Assembly (NCBI GenBank): GCA_001872735.1
Contig: MNWT01000007.1
Location: 635-64,634 of the forward strand
Source: Verrucomicrobia bacterium CG1_02_43_26
GTDB taxonomy: Bacteria > Verrucomicrobiota > Verrucomicrobiia > Opitutales > CG1-02-43-26
Direction: 5' to 3'
DNA length: 64,000 nt
Under the pieces are notes generated by a model. That model was not told where the DNA came from, did no database searches, and saw only the letters and a program-made list of their open reading frames with translations. A program made the position numbers and the translations under genes. This document shows positions 8,082-17,828 of the stretch, piece after piece; the stretch's first letter is position 1, and each line of letters starts with the position of its first letter.

Positions 8082-9419
8082 ATGAAGAAAAAGACCTCGT
8101 CCTCCAGTTCAGCAGAAAAACCCAGTTTTGTTGAATTGATAGAAAAGAAGCGCGATGGTGGGGAGTTCACGAGCGAAGAGATTCGTTTCATAGTGGATTC
8201 GATACTTGATGAAGAGATGCCTGACTTTCAATTGTCAGCACTTGTGATGGCCATCTATTTTCAAGGCATGTCTGCCCAAGAGACGGCAGTATTGGCTGAA
8301 GAAGTGATGCTATCCGGAGAAGTGATTGATCTATCCAAGCTGACCAACCCGAAAGTAGATAAGTACTCTACTGGAGGAGTGGGCGACAAGACCTCATTGG
8401 TTTTGGGGCCATTAGCAGCGGCCTGTGGCGTTGTGATGCCAACGATGAATTCTGTAGACGAAGAATTCTGTATCAGTAACCTATGCAAACTTTCCGCGAT
8501 TCCCGGATTTAAGTCTGAAATTCCGTTAAAGAAATTGATGGAACAATTAAGAGATGTGGGTTGTGCGATATTGGCGCAAGACGAAGGCCTGGTACCGGTT
8601 GATAACAAACTTTACCAAATGCGGAAGCTGACCGGTACGGTAGCGAGCTTACCCCTTATCACTGCGAGTGTATTGAGCAAGAAACTTGCTGAAGGAGCTG
8701 AAGGACTGGTTGTTGACGTGAAGTGGGGCAACGGTTCCTTTATAAAAGATTTAGAACAAGCGAAACAATTGGCACGTTCGATCACGCGAGTAGGTCGCTC
8801 TATGAAACGCCGTTGTGTGGCATTAGTAACCGACATGAACCAGCCCTTGGGCACATGTGTGGGTACGGCGCTTGAGATACAAGAAGCAATACAACTGCTA
8901 AAAGGCGAAGGTCCGGAAGATTTACAAGAACTGGTGCTTAAACTAGGTATGGAGATCGTTCGTTTGGCAGGTGTAGCGGGATCAACACTATCCTCGAAGC
9001 AAATTGTTGAGAACGCGCTTAAAGAAGGCCTAGCGTTTGAGAAATTTAAAGATATGATTAAAGCCCAAGGCGGCGATATTACTTATATCGATAATCCGGA
9101 TAAGTTCCCGGTAGCGAAGCATGTTAAGAAATTGCCTGCTCCTAAGCGTGGGTATGTTCACACGATTGATGCAAGCAAGATTGCTGAGGGTGTGAAGATA
9201 TTGGCGATGGGTGAAAAAGGCGAGAAGCTGGATGTTTCCGCAGGTGTTTCTGAGATACAGAAAGTGGGTACCCAGGTGAAACAAGGCCAGCCGTTGATGA
9301 TGATTCATTATAATGATCAGAAACGTTTGGACCAGGCATTGGATTACTTCAAGTCTGCGTTTCGTTTGGCGCCTAAGCGCCCAGCTACACCAGAGTTGGT
9401 GGTTGAGCGTGTTGCTTAA
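8082..9419 (+). CDS. Thymidine/pyrimidine-nucleoside phosphorylase family protein lacking the family signature motif
   Basis: Collinear with DeoA/Pdp: DKYSTGGVGDKTSL, LYQMRKLTGTVASLPLITASVLSKKLAEG, VTDMNQPLG. The conserved 'SGRGLGHTGGT.DKLE' segment reads 'NSVDEEFCISNLCKLS' instead. Confidence 0.8.
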   Translation: MKKKTSSSSSAEKPSFVELIEKKRDGGEFTSEEIRFIVDSILDEEMPDFQLSALVMAIYFQGMSAQETAVLAEEVMLSGEVIDLSKLTNPKVDKYSTGGVGDKTSLVLGPLAAACGVVMPTMNSVDEEFCISNLCKLSAIPGFKSEIPLKKLMEQLRDVGCAILAQDEGLVPVDNKLYQMRKLTGTVASLPLITASVLSKKLAEGAEGLVVDVKWGNGSFIKDLEQAKQLARSITRVGRSMKRRCVALVTDMNQPLGTCVGTALEIQEAIQLLKGEGPEDLQELVLKLGMEIVRLAGVAGSTLSSKQIVENALKEGLAFEKFKDMIKAQGGDITYIDNPDKFPVAKHVKKLPAPKRGYVHTIDASKIAEGVKILAMGEKGEKLDVSAGVSEIQKVGTQVKQGQPLMMIHYNDQKRLDQALDYFKSAFRLAPKRPATPELVVERVA

Positions 9420-9444
9420 CAGGTAACTGATATTTAAGTTTAAA

Positions 9445-9484
9445 TAAAAAAGCGTCCCAAATAAATTTGGGACGCTTTTTTTTA
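9445..9484. terminator. Bidirectional rho-independent terminator between convergent genes
   Basis: Perfect 8-bp GC-rich stem (gcgtccca 9452-9459 / tgggacgc 9468-9475), flanked by an A-run upstream and a T-run downstream. Confidence 0.85.
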
Positions 9485-9505
9485 TTTAAAAACAAAAAGA
9501 ATTTA

Positions 9506-10063
9506 TTAAGCGCGGCCTAAGTAAGAACGATCCGTTGTACTGACGCGGATAGCCTCGCCCTGTTTGATAAAAAGAGGAACCTGAATGACCATGCCGGTTT
9601 CGGTCGTGATGGGCTTTTGGACATTAGACGCACTATCGCCACGAACGGCATCGGGAGCTTCGGCAACAGACATGGTGACGGCTGCGGGAAGTTGTAGTTG
9701 GACGGCTTTATCGTCTACAAAAAGGATATCGTAATTATTATTGGGAACGAGGAACATTTTTTGGTCTTCGATGATATCCTCTGGAAGGATGTTATCTTCA
9801 AAAGACTCTGGGTCCATGAAGTGGTAGCCCTCGGAGTCGATGTAAGAAAAGTCGAGGCTCTTGGATTCGGTGTGACAGAAGTCAACGGAATCGGTTGAGC
9901 GAAATTTTGTGGTTGTGGAAGAACCGGTATTCAAGTTACGCAAAGTAGACTGGACGAAGCCGGCTTGGCGACCCTGGGTACGGTGCATTGAATCGAGGAC
10001 GAGGTGCGGTGTGCCCTGATACATAATTACTTTACCCTTACGGATGTCATTTGGTGATGCCAT
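9506..10063 (-). CDS. efp: Elongation factor P (Arg32 type)
   Basis: 185 aa. It aligns without gaps to E. coli EF-P through the N-terminal domain (..KFRSTDS..). The loop tip is TQGRQAG, with Arg32 where E. coli has Lys34. Confidence 0.93.
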   Translation of the reverse strand: MASPNDIRKGKVIMYQGTPHLVLDSMHRTQGRQAGFVQSTLRNLNTGSSTTTKFRSTDSVDFCHTESKSLDFSYIDSEGYHFMDPESFEDNILPEDIIEDQKMFLVPNNNYDILFVDDKAVQLQLPAAVTMSVAEAPDAVRGDSASNVQKPITTETGMVIQVPLFIKQGEAIRVSTTDRSYLGRA

Positions 10064-10135
10064 AGTTTTAAAAAGTTACGTTATTAAAAAGTGCCCTGAT
10101 TAAAGGATAATAAATTGTATGTGAAAATTTTAAAT

Positions 10136-11326
10136 TTATAAAGAAAATTCAATCGATTGTTGATCATGAACGATTGTGAGATGATTTTCCCGTGAATTCC
10201 TTTGACTAGCTTCCGTGTGACCGATGACGGCAGCATCGATATTGAATTCTTTAATAATGTTTAGCAGACAGTCTGCGTGGTTGGGCTCGCAATAAATTTC
10301 CATACGGTGCCCCATGTTAAAAACCCGGAACATTTCCTTAGGAGACGTTTGAGTAGCCGCTTGGATTGCTTTAAAAATGGGAGGCACGGGAAGGAGGTTA
10401 TCCTTTACGAAATGGGTGTCTTGGCCGAAACGAAGGCATTTGGATTGGCCGCCACCGGAACAGTGGATGAGGCCGATGAGCTTTTCTCGATGCTCTCCTA
10501 AAAGTTTTGCCAAGACAGGGGCGTAGGTGCGCGTGGGGCTAAGAAGCGCTTGGCCAATTGTAAGGGAAGATTCCGGCAATGGATCCTCTAGTTTATAGGG
10601 ACCCGAGTAGACGAGATTGTTGGGGATATGGGGATCAAATGTTTCGGGATATTTGCCTTTATAGTAAGAAGATAGAAGATCGTGACGGGCGCTGGTGAGG
10701 CCATTGCAGCCGATACCACTGTTCTCCAGGGTCTCATAAGAAGCTGTCCCGTAAGAGGCGAGACCGATGATACTGAGATCAGGCCTGATGTTGCGGTTAT
10801 TGATGACATGCTTACGATCCAGTAAGGCAACGGCGCAAGAGTCTACAGACAACGTTGAGGTGATGTCACCCACGTCAGCCGTTTCTCCGCCCCCACTATG
10901 GATGTGAATACCCAGAGATTGGAGGTGTTTAATAAAAGATTCGGTTCCCAGAATCAGCGCATTAATCACCTCTATAGGTACATTTTTTGCGTTACGATTG
11001 ATCGTGTTAGACAACAAAATGTTATCATAAACGCCGACACACAAGAGATCATCGATGTTCATGACGATGCTATCCTGAGCAATGCCCTGGAAGACGGACG
11101 CATCGCTCGTTTCCCTGTAATACAAGTAAGCGATGAGTGATTTTGTGCCACTACCATCGGCGTGAATGACGGCACATTTAGTGTTATCACCCGTTAAGAA
11201 ATCCTCATTTATTTTACAAAACGATCCCGGGAAAAGGCCAGGAGAGAGGTTTGCGACAACCCTGTGGAGATCTGCCTTAGTGGGCGAAACGCCACGAGAG
11301 AGATAACGCTGTTCGATCTTATCCAT
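10136..11326 (-). CDS. purM: Phosphoribosylformylglycinamidine cyclo-ligase (AIR synthase), long form
   Basis: 396 aa with AIR-synthase N- and C-domains (..HADGSGTKS.., ..HCSGGGQSK..). The length resembles the long Bacteroidetes/PVC-type PurM. Confidence 0.85.
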   Translation of the reverse strand: MDKIEQRYLSRGVSPTKADLHRVVANLSPGLFPGSFCKINEDFLTGDNTKCAVIHADGSGTKSLIAYLYYRETSDASVFQGIAQDSIVMNIDDLLCVGVYDNILLSNTINRNAKNVPIEVINALILGTESFIKHLQSLGIHIHSGGGETADVGDITSTLSVDSCAVALLDRKHVINNRNIRPDLSIIGLASYGTASYETLENSGIGCNGLTSARHDLLSSYYKGKYPETFDPHIPNNLVYSGPYKLEDPLPESSLTIGQALLSPTRTYAPVLAKLLGEHREKLIGLIHCSGGGQSKCLRFGQDTHFVKDNLLPVPPIFKAIQAATQTSPKEMFRVFNMGHRMEIYCEPNHADCLLNIIKEFNIDAAVIGHTEASQRNSRENHLTIVHDQQSIEFSL

Positions 11327-11346
11327 GCCTAATAGTATTAGGCGGT

Positions 11347-12513
11347 TTAGTTTCTTCCCGCAACAGAAGAAAGTTGGAAGATAGGGAGGAACATGGCCAT
11401 AACAATGCCACCGACAACGATACCCAGGAAAACGATCAAGATAGGTTCCAGAAGGGAAGTTAGCGCGGCAACGGTGTTATTGATTTCGACATCGTAGAAG
11501 TCCGCGATTTTATGCATCATGCCATCAATGTTACCCGTTTGCTCGCCGGCACGCATCATGTGTTTGATCATGGTAGGGAAGTAGGCATTTGTGGCAATGA
11601 CATCTGATATTTGCCCGCCCTGGCTAACCTGCCTTGCGATATCGTTCGAAGCATCCAAAATAAACGTATTATCGCTTGCGGTGCCACAAATTTCCAGACA
11701 ACGCAAGATAGGGACACCACTTCGCGTGAGGACGGCAAACGTACGGCAGAAACGCGAGAGATTAATTTTTTGGGAAAGCTGGCCTACGATAGGAATAACG
11801 AGAACAAGCCGATCCTTGAGAATCTTGCCGTTAGGGGTTTTTAATAAGCGGCTTAAAATACTCCATATGATGATAATTCCCGCGATTATATAGACAATAT
11901 TACTTTTAAGGAAATTACTGGTACTGATGAGCAGCTGAGTTGGGAGAGGAAGTTCGGCACCGAAGTCCTTAAACATATCCGCGAAAACCGGAATAACGAA
12001 AATGAGCAGTACGTTGACGAGAATGATGGCCAGACTGATAACGGCAATGGGGTAGGCCATGGCGCTTTTGACCTTTTTAGTAAGTTTGACAGATTCCTCA
12101 AAATAACCCGATACCTTTTCCATGATCTCGGCAAGCGCGCCAGAAGCTTCGCCGGCTTCAACCATGCTAGAAAAGAGATTAGGGAAAGCGTTTGGGTATT
12201 TTTTTACCGCGTCTGAGAAAGAAGTACCCCCAGTGATATCCAGGCGGACATTACGGATAATGATTTGGAAGACCGGGTTTGAGGTTTGTTCCTGAAGAGC
12301 ATCCAATGCCGAAATAAGAGGCAAGCCAGCCTGCAGCATGGAGCCTAATTGTTGCGTAAATTGGGCGAGGTCCTGCAGCTTGATTTTCTTTTTCTTAGCC
12401 TGCTTTTCGTACGCTCTTAATTTGGCGAGACGCTGACCCTCCCAAAAGCCTGTTTTGGGGGAATTGCTGCTGTTGCTGTATGAGGAGCTACCAGTTGGGG
12501 TCAACATGGACAT
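11347..12513 (-). CDS. Type II secretion / type IV pilus platform protein (GspF/PilC family)
   Basis: 388 aa with two GspF-type repeats and three hydrophobic segments (..[11 protein letters not shown].., ..[14 protein letters not shown]..). Confidence 0.88.
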   Translation of the reverse strand: MSMLTPTGSSSYSNSSNSPKTGFWEGQRLAKLRAYEKQAKKKKIKLQDLAQFTQQLGSMLQAGLPLISALDALQEQTSNPVFQIIIRNVRLDITGGTSFSDAVKKYPNAFPNLFSSMVEAGEASGALAEIMEKVSGYFEESVKLTKKVKSAMAYPIAVISLAIILVNVLLIFVIPVFADMFKDFGAELPLPTQLLISTSNFLKSNIVYIIAGIIIIWSILSRLLKTPNGKILKDRLVLVIPIVGQLSQKINLSRFCRTFAVLTRSGVPILRCLEICGTASDNTFILDASNDIARQVSQGGQISDVIATNAYFPTMIKHMMRAGEQTGNIDGMMHKIADFYDVEINNTVAALTSLLEPILIVFLGIVVGGIVMAMFLPIFQLSSVAGRN

Positions 12514-12605
12514 ATAACTTATTTTTAGCAGATTGCAGGAGTTTTTTCAAGAGAAAAGGCTTGACCTTGGGCGCGAGAAAGATTGTACTTTCATATTAAA
12601 ATCAT

Positions 12606-12679
12606 GCGGGCATAGTTTAGCGGTAAAACCTTAGCCTTCCAAGCTAGTGTCGTCGGTTCGATTCCGTCTGCCCGCACCA
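12606..12679 (+). tRNA. tRNA-Gly (anticodon UCC), CCA encoded
   Basis: Manual cloverleaf: acceptor GCGGGCA/TGCCCGC, D arm GTTT-AGCGGTA-AAAC, anticodon arm TTAGC-CTTCCAA-GCTAG, variable TGTC, T arm GTCGG-TTCGATT-CCGTC (one T-T mismatch), then A-CCA. 74 nt. Confidence 0.9.
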
Positions 12680-12730
12680 TTTAAAGGGTGAAAGTTTTTT
12701 TAAACTAGCCCAGTAAAGTGGAGTTGTCTT

Positions 12731-12757
12731 GCCAAGCGAAGCGCTTGTTGCTTTTTT
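12731..12757 (+). terminator. Probable terminator hairpin after tRNA-Gly
   Basis: gccaagcg-aag-cgcttg(tt)gc stem with a 2-nt bulge, followed immediately by T6 (12752-12757). Confidence 0.4.
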
Positions 12758-12768
12758 GTAGGGAGGCG

Positions 12769-13875
12769 ATGCGATTATTAGACCGATATATATTTGTTGA
12801 GTGGGTGAAAGTCTTTGGGATTTCATTAACAGCTACCCTGGGGATATTGTTGCTTGAAGATATATATTCGAGCTTACCTGAGTTGATGCGATATGAGGTA
12901 GGTTTATTGGGGGTGTTGCGCTATTACGCGCTCCTAATACCCGGGTTTTTGCCCTTAGTGGTGCCGGTTTCCCTCCTCGTTTCCCTGTTATTTTTACTCG
13001 GCAATTTGCACCGCAATCAAGAGATCGTGGCGATGCGCGCGATGGGAATGAGCATCCTTCAGATATCCCGTTCTCTGTGGTTTGTTGGGATAGTGCTAAC
13101 AGGAGTATTATTTTATTTAAACGCGCAGCTAGTGCCCTGGAGCGTGGAACGTTCGCAAGGATATAAGAAGAATTTACGCTTTGTAAAAGAAGCGCAGGAG
13201 CGAGAAGACGTAGGGATCATTGAAAACCTAGCCTTTGATAACCCGCAAAACGGCCATTTATGGGTGATAAATCGATTTAGTGAATATACCTACCAAGGCT
13301 ACGGCGTGAATGTTTATGTACGAGACGCCTATGGTTTGGAGCAAAAAAGAATCATGGCAAGGGAAGCTTATTTTGATGAACAAGATAAGCAATGGCACTT
13401 TATAGACGGACGAGAGCTACTATTTGCACAAGGAACAGAAGAGCCGATAAGGTCTATTCTATTTGATAAAAAAGTATTTGAAGATTTGAAAGAAAGCCCG
13501 GAAGTGATGGTGAACCTAAGCCGCTTGCCCGAAGACCTTTCTATTTTAGAAATAGGCGCGTTGCTCGATAAAGTGCCACCGGAGCATAATCCGCAGATGA
13601 GCCGTTATGCCGTTCGGTATTATAATATTATGGCAAGCCCCTTTGTTTGCCTGGTGGTTGTGGGAATCGCAGTGCCCTTGGCAGTAGGATCCGTGAGGAC
13701 GAACCCGCTAGTGAGCGTCTCCAAAGCAGCGTTGTTGTTTTTTCTGTATTATATAATAGAGAGCATAAGCGATGTGCTAGGGGCGCAAGGATTGATTGTG
13801 CCCGTGCTTGCGGCGTGGTTACCTAATCTGATTATGTTAGGGTTAGCGATTTGGTATTATAGGAAGCTCGTGTAG
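12769..13875 (+). CDS. LptF/LptG-family LPS export permease
   Basis: MRLLDRYIFVEWVKVF... is a typical YjgP/YjgQ N-terminus, with 6 hydrophobic segments and a large periplasmic loop. The ATG at 12769 is preceded by GGGAGG. The ORF-track start at 12718 is a GTG. Confidence 0.88.
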   Translation: MRLLDRYIFVEWVKVFGISLTATLGILLLEDIYSSLPELMRYEVGLLGVLRYYALLIPGFLPLVVPVSLLVSLLFLLGNLHRNQEIVAMRAMGMSILQISRSLWFVGIVLTGVLFYLNAQLVPWSVERSQGYKKNLRFVKEAQEREDVGIIENLAFDNPQNGHLWVINRFSEYTYQGYGVNVYVRDAYGLEQKRIMAREAYFDEQDKQWHFIDGRELLFAQGTEEPIRSILFDKKVFEDLKESPEVMVNLSRLPEDLSILEIGALLDKVPPEHNPQMSRYAVRYYNIMASPFVCLVVVGIAVPLAVGSVRTNPLVSVSKAALLFFLYYIIESISDVLGAQGLIVPVLAAWLPNLIMLGLAIWYYRKLV

Positions 13876-13892
13876 GCTTGCTGTAACTGAGA

Positions 13893-14153
13893 TTAGTCCT
13901 TGGGGAAACGTTTAAGCAGTTCTTCTAAAGAAAAATTTTGAATACAGACGAGCTTATTTTGACTAGTTTCGCCCTTGAGGATCTCGATCGTTCTGGCCGG
14001 TACATCGAGCACCTTTGAAAGGCATTTAATGATAGCCACATTGGCGCGGCCACCCTCCGGAGGAGCTTGCACCTTGATTTTAAGTGAGTCCTCGAGCCAG
14101 CCCACAACTTGCGTTCTAGAGGCATTGGGGATGACACGTATTTTTATTTGCAT
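13893..14153 (-). CDS. DUF167 (YggU) family protein
   Basis: 86 aa. The pattern '..KIKVQAPPEGGRAN..L..VL.V....I.I..GETSQNK' is typical of YggU. Confidence 0.8.
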   Translation of the reverse strand: MQIKIRVIPNASRTQVVGWLEDSLKIKVQAPPEGGRANVAIIKCLSKVLDVPARTIEILKGETSQNKLVCIQNFSLEELLKRFPKD

Positions 14154-14157
14154 GGAG

Positions 14158-15219
14158 TTAAGCAGGATAGCTACCCAGCCATTTGATAGAAGTGGTCAAT
14201 GGAGTAACCTTTTCTATAGCTTGCGCTACGTTATGATTGAGCCAATGGCCTTCTATATCGATAAAGAAAGCGTATTCCCAGAGCTTACCACGGATAGGCC
14301 TAGATTCAATTTGAAGCAAATTGATCGATTCATCCGCAAATATCTTTAAGATTTTGCTGAGACTGCCATGCTCATGCTTGGTTGTAAGGGTGATGCTGGT
14401 ACGAAAATCCCCCTCGGTGGAGCCACCCGGTACATTTTTAGCTATGATAAGAAAACGAGTACAATTATCCTTAAGATCTTGTATTCCCTCAGCCACTACA
14501 GGGGCATCGTATAACGTGCTAGCTAGTTTGCCCGCAACGGCTGCTGAATCATCAGATGCCTTTGCAAGCTCGATTGCGTGGGTGGTGCTCGTGGCTTCTA
14601 GTAGTTCGGCATGTGGAAGATTTCGCGTGAGCCATTCCTGGCATTGCGCTAAAGCATAGCGAATAGAATAGACCCTTTTAATATCATTGAAGGCGGATTG
14701 ACTGATGAGACAAAGATCAATTTTTTGAAGGACTTGCGCGATGATCTTAAGATTAGATGCAGACAGTTGATCAAGCGAGTGGGTGATGGCTCCATCGGTA
14801 GAATTTTCTATGGGGACGACCCCGTAATCCGCCTCACTTTTCTCTACGGCAACGAAAACGTTTTGGATACTTCGGTAAGGAACGTATGAGACCGAAGAAC
14901 CGAAATTGGTAACGGCGGCTTGGTGGGTGAACGTGCCTTCCGGACCGAAGTAAGCGATGGTGAGTGGCTTTTGGTTGGCGATGCCAGCGGAGATGACTTC
15001 TCTAAAAATAGCCCTAAGCGATTTATTCGTTAGCGGGCCCTTATTAAATGCCTCTAATTTTTCGAAAATCTTTTTTTCGCGCTCAGGGACGTAAAACTCC
15101 TCATTAAGATTCTGCTTAATTTTGCCTACCTCCTTTGTGACAAGGAGACGCTCATTTAATAAGTCTACAATTTGGTGGTCAACCTCATCTATTTTCTTTC
15201 TGCAGTCGTCTAGGTCCAT
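14158..15219 (-). CDS. pheA: Bifunctional chorismate mutase / prephenate dehydratase (P-protein)
   Basis: N-terminal CM_2 domain (IDEVDHQIVDLLNERL), a PDT domain (IAYFGPEGTFTHQAA) and a C-terminal ACT domain (ESRP). Confidence 0.92.
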   Translation of the reverse strand: MDLDDCRKKIDEVDHQIVDLLNERLLVTKEVGKIKQNLNEEFYVPEREKKIFEKLEAFNKGPLTNKSLRAIFREVISAGIANQKPLTIAYFGPEGTFTHQAAVTNFGSSVSYVPYRSIQNVFVAVEKSEADYGVVPIENSTDGAITHSLDQLSASNLKIIAQVLQKIDLCLISQSAFNDIKRVYSIRYALAQCQEWLTRNLPHAELLEATSTTHAIELAKASDDSAAVAGKLASTLYDAPVVAEGIQDLKDNCTRFLIIAKNVPGGSTEGDFRTSITLTTKHEHGSLSKILKIFADESINLLQIESRPIRGKLWEYAFFIDIEGHWLNHNVAQAIEKVTPLTTSIKWLGSYPA

Positions 15220-15230
15220 CTCTAGTGAAA

Positions 15231-15971
15231 TTAATTTTTTGGATTTTCGGGATCAGTATTATCTGATGATTCCTCCTCTGATTCATCAGCGAGACCGACA
15301 TCGCTATCTGAAAGCGGGTGTTCCTCGTCCTCCTTGTTTAGCCAAGCACTGATTTTTTGAGGCGAGAGGACATCTGAGGCAGGAAGCTCTCCTAATTCAC
15401 GCAGGCCGCAAAGCTCCAAGAAAGTATCTGTGGTACCGTATTGCATGGGCCTGCCCGGGAGATCCGCACGCCCGAGAACCTTGACAAGTTCCAGCTCTAA
15501 AAGCTTATTGATGGCGTTATCCACGGCGACCCCGCGAATAGCCTCCATTTCCGCGCGCGTTGTGGGTTGACGATAGGCGATGATGGCCAGTGTTTCTAAA
15601 AGTGATTGGCTAAGACGCAACGGCTTGGGTTCTTTACGCAAAGCACGTACCCATTCGGAGTATTCGGGTGCGATGACGAGCCGGTAGCCATCGTGATCCT
15701 TTAAAACACGATAGACGGAAGCTTTGTCTATATATTCTTGAGCCATTTGATCGAGTGCCTCACGAATTTGAGTAGCAGTAATAAGCGCGGGAACTTGATT
15801 GATGATGGTATTCATGGTTTGTTGAGTACCATCATCGGATTCCGGAATGACCTGAGGCTTTTTTTCCTCGGCCTGGAAACGCATGATGACATCCTGGATA
15901 TCTCGAATACTGAGAACATCAGAAGTAGAAAAAAGCAAAGCTCTCAGTACGTTTTTGAGATTGAACTCCAT
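15231..15971 (-). CDS. scpB: Segregation and condensation protein B
   Basis: LRALLFSTSDVLSIRDI.. and IAYRQPTTRAEMEAIRGV.. winged-helix motifs. Acidic C-terminal tail. Confidence 0.88.
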   Translation of the reverse strand: MEFNLKNVLRALLFSTSDVLSIRDIQDVIMRFQAEEKKPQVIPESDDGTQQTMNTIINQVPALITATQIREALDQMAQEYIDKASVYRVLKDHDGYRLVIAPEYSEWVRALRKEPKPLRLSQSLLETLAIIAYRQPTTRAEMEAIRGVAVDNAINKLLELELVKVLGRADLPGRPMQYGTTDTFLELCGLRELGELPASDVLSPQKISAWLNKEDEEHPLSDSDVGLADESEEESSDNTDPENPKN

Positions 15972-16150
15972 TCAGAATACTTGTTTAAGTTTATATTGCT
16001 CATTACAGACAGCTTAACCCTATTTAGCTAAATTTTTAAAAAAACCTCAACATTTACCTTCACATGCGAAAAATAAACGTCATTATAAGTATTGTAACCC
16101 TAAGTATTAGCACAATGGCATTTTCACAAACCCAAGTAGGAAAAGAAGTT

Positions 16151-17734
16151 ATGGACTGGAAACGATTTAAGGAATATTACTGCGAAGTCCCCGCGGTTGG
16201 GTTTAGTATAGACGTTAGCCGGATTAATTTTAAAGACACCTATCTCAAAGAGATGGAAGTTGAGATGCAAAAAGCATACAAGAGCATGGAAGCGCTCGAG
16301 CGCGGCGGCATTGCCAACCCGGATGAGCAACGCATGGTTGGGCATTATTGGCTGAGGGACTCAGAGCTTGCGCCTACTGCGGATATCATGTTAGCAATCG
16401 ATGAGAATTTAGATAAAATAAGCAGCTTTGCCGCCGAAGTGCACGCGGGTAAGATTATTGGCCAGAAAGGGCCGTTTCAGAATATCGTTGTTGTGGGAAT
16501 AGGGGGATCCGCCCTAGGACCACAGTTTGTGGCAGATGCGTTTACTGACCCCAAGACAAACCAGATGAAACCCTACTTTATTGATAATACCGACCCGGAC
16601 GGAATTGATTTAGTATTATCACAGCTAGACGGAAAGCTAGGGGAGACCTTGGTGATCGTGATATCCAAGTCCGGCGGTACAACCGAGACCCATAACGGGA
16701 TGGAAGAAATGAGAGAAGCGTATACCCGCGCGGGGCTAGATTTTACTAAACACGCGGTAGCCGTGACAGGTGAAGGCAGTAAGCTAGATAAGTTTGCGAA
16801 AGATTCCGGTTGGATAACCTGTTTTGCTTTGTGGGACTGGGTAGGTGGCCGAACAAGCGAGCTTTCAGCGGTAGGCCTTTTGCCTGCGGCACTACAAGGG
16901 ATCGATATCAAAAATATGTTGGAAGGAGCCAAGATGATGGATCAGGCGACCCGCATACAAGATACCAAAAAGAACCCAGCTGCATTGCTAGCCCTTATGT
17001 GGTACCATGCTACAGGAGGTAAAGGATTGAAGGATATGGTTATTCTCCCCTACAAAGACCGCTTGAAGCTGTTTTCAAAGTATTTGCAGCAGTTGGTGAT
17101 GGAGTCCCTCGGTAAAGAGAAAGACCTCAATGGTAATGTGGTTCACCAAGGGATAGCCGTTTACGGAAATAAAGGCTCTACGGACCAGCATGCCTATGTT
17201 CAACAATTGCGCGATGGTGTGAATAATTTTTATGTCACGTTTATAGAAGTTTTAAAAGATCGCCAAAATAAGTCGATAGAGATGGAACCCGGTGTGACTA
17301 CCGGAGATTATCTGCACGGGTTTATGCTAGGGACGCGGGAAGCGTTATCTGACAAAGATAGAGAATCTATTACGGTAACCGTAAATGATGTTTCACCGTT
17401 TACTGTGGGAGCGTTGATTGCGTTATACGAAAGGGCAGTTGGATTTTATGCCTCATTAGTCGGGATAAATGCATATCATCAACCTGGAGTTGAAGCAGGT
17501 AAAAAAGCTGCGGCCAATACGATTGAACTACAGAAGAAAGTGACGAGCTTTTTAACGAATCACCCTAAACAGACCTTTAGTGCAGAAGTGATCGCAGAGC
17601 AAATTGGAGCTAAGGAGAAGACCGAAACCGTCTTTAAGCTGCTAGAGCATATGGCTGCGAATCCGGATAAAAAAGTGACGAAGACTGCTTATACTCCGTT
17701 TTATAATAATCTCTATGCATATAATCCGGTTTAG
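16151..17734 (+). CDS. pgi: Glucose-6-phosphate isomerase
   Basis: ..[22 protein letters not shown].., ..[11 protein letters not shown].., ..[10 protein letters not shown].. The start at MDWKRF (16151) matches the usual length of about 527 aa. The ORF also extends to 16064. Confidence 0.92.
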   Translation: MDWKRFKEYYCEVPAVGFSIDVSRINFKDTYLKEMEVEMQKAYKSMEALERGGIANPDEQRMVGHYWLRDSELAPTADIMLAIDENLDKISSFAAEVHAGKIIGQKGPFQNIVVVGIGGSALGPQFVADAFTDPKTNQMKPYFIDNTDPDGIDLVLSQLDGKLGETLVIVISKSGGTTETHNGMEEMREAYTRAGLDFTKHAVAVTGEGSKLDKFAKDSGWITCFALWDWVGGRTSELSAVGLLPAALQGIDIKNMLEGAKMMDQATRIQDTKKNPAALLALMWYHATGGKGLKDMVILPYKDRLKLFSKYLQQLVMESLGKEKDLNGNVVHQGIAVYGNKGSTDQHAYVQQLRDGVNNFYVTFIEVLKDRQNKSIEMEPGVTTGDYLHGFMLGTREALSDKDRESITVTVNDVSPFTVGALIALYERAVGFYASLVGINAYHQPGVEAGKKAAANTIELQKKVTSFLTNHPKQTFSAEVIAEQIGAKEKTETVFKLLEHMAANPDKKVTKTAYTPFYNNLYAYNPV

Positions 17735-17792
17735 GGTAAATTTTATATTCCTTTAGTTTTATGCTTGACCTTGTACTGTATTAGGTTTACTT

Positions 17793-17822
17793 TTCTTGGA
17801 TTAATAAAAATTAATCCAAGAA
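17793..17822. repeat. Perfect 13-bp inverted repeat with a 4-nt spacer, 7 nt upstream of the next start codon
   Basis: ttcttggattaat-aaaa-attaatccaagaa. AT-rich stem with no T-tail. It could be an operator or a weak terminator for pgi. Confidence 0.6.
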
Positions 17823-17828
17823 AGTGTT

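Noticed and set aside
8447-8472. Two copies of GAATTCTGTA (each containing an EcoRI site) 16 nt apart, exactly in the degenerate motif region of the thymidine-phosphorylase-like gene; considered as a cloning scar or insertion footprint
   Set aside because: A 10-nt repeat is too short to be significant. The reading frame and the segment length are preserved relative to canonical enzymes, and nothing else suggests engineering. It is noted only as a curiosity under the finding for that gene.
12514-12830. tRNA-Gly as a possible genomic-island integration site
   Set aside because: There is no integrase, no repeated copy of the tRNA 3' end, and no compositional shift next to it. The flanks are a GspF-family gene and an LptF/G permease.
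16064-16150. Signal-peptide-like in-frame extension ([22 protein letters not shown]...) upstream of pgi, suggesting an exported glucose-6-phosphate isomerase
   Set aside because: Pgi is a cytoplasmic enzyme. The conserved N-terminus and the usual length of about 527 aa begin at MDWKRF (16151). The extension lies in AT-rich upstream DNA where hydrophobic codons arise by chance. I kept it only as an alternative start.
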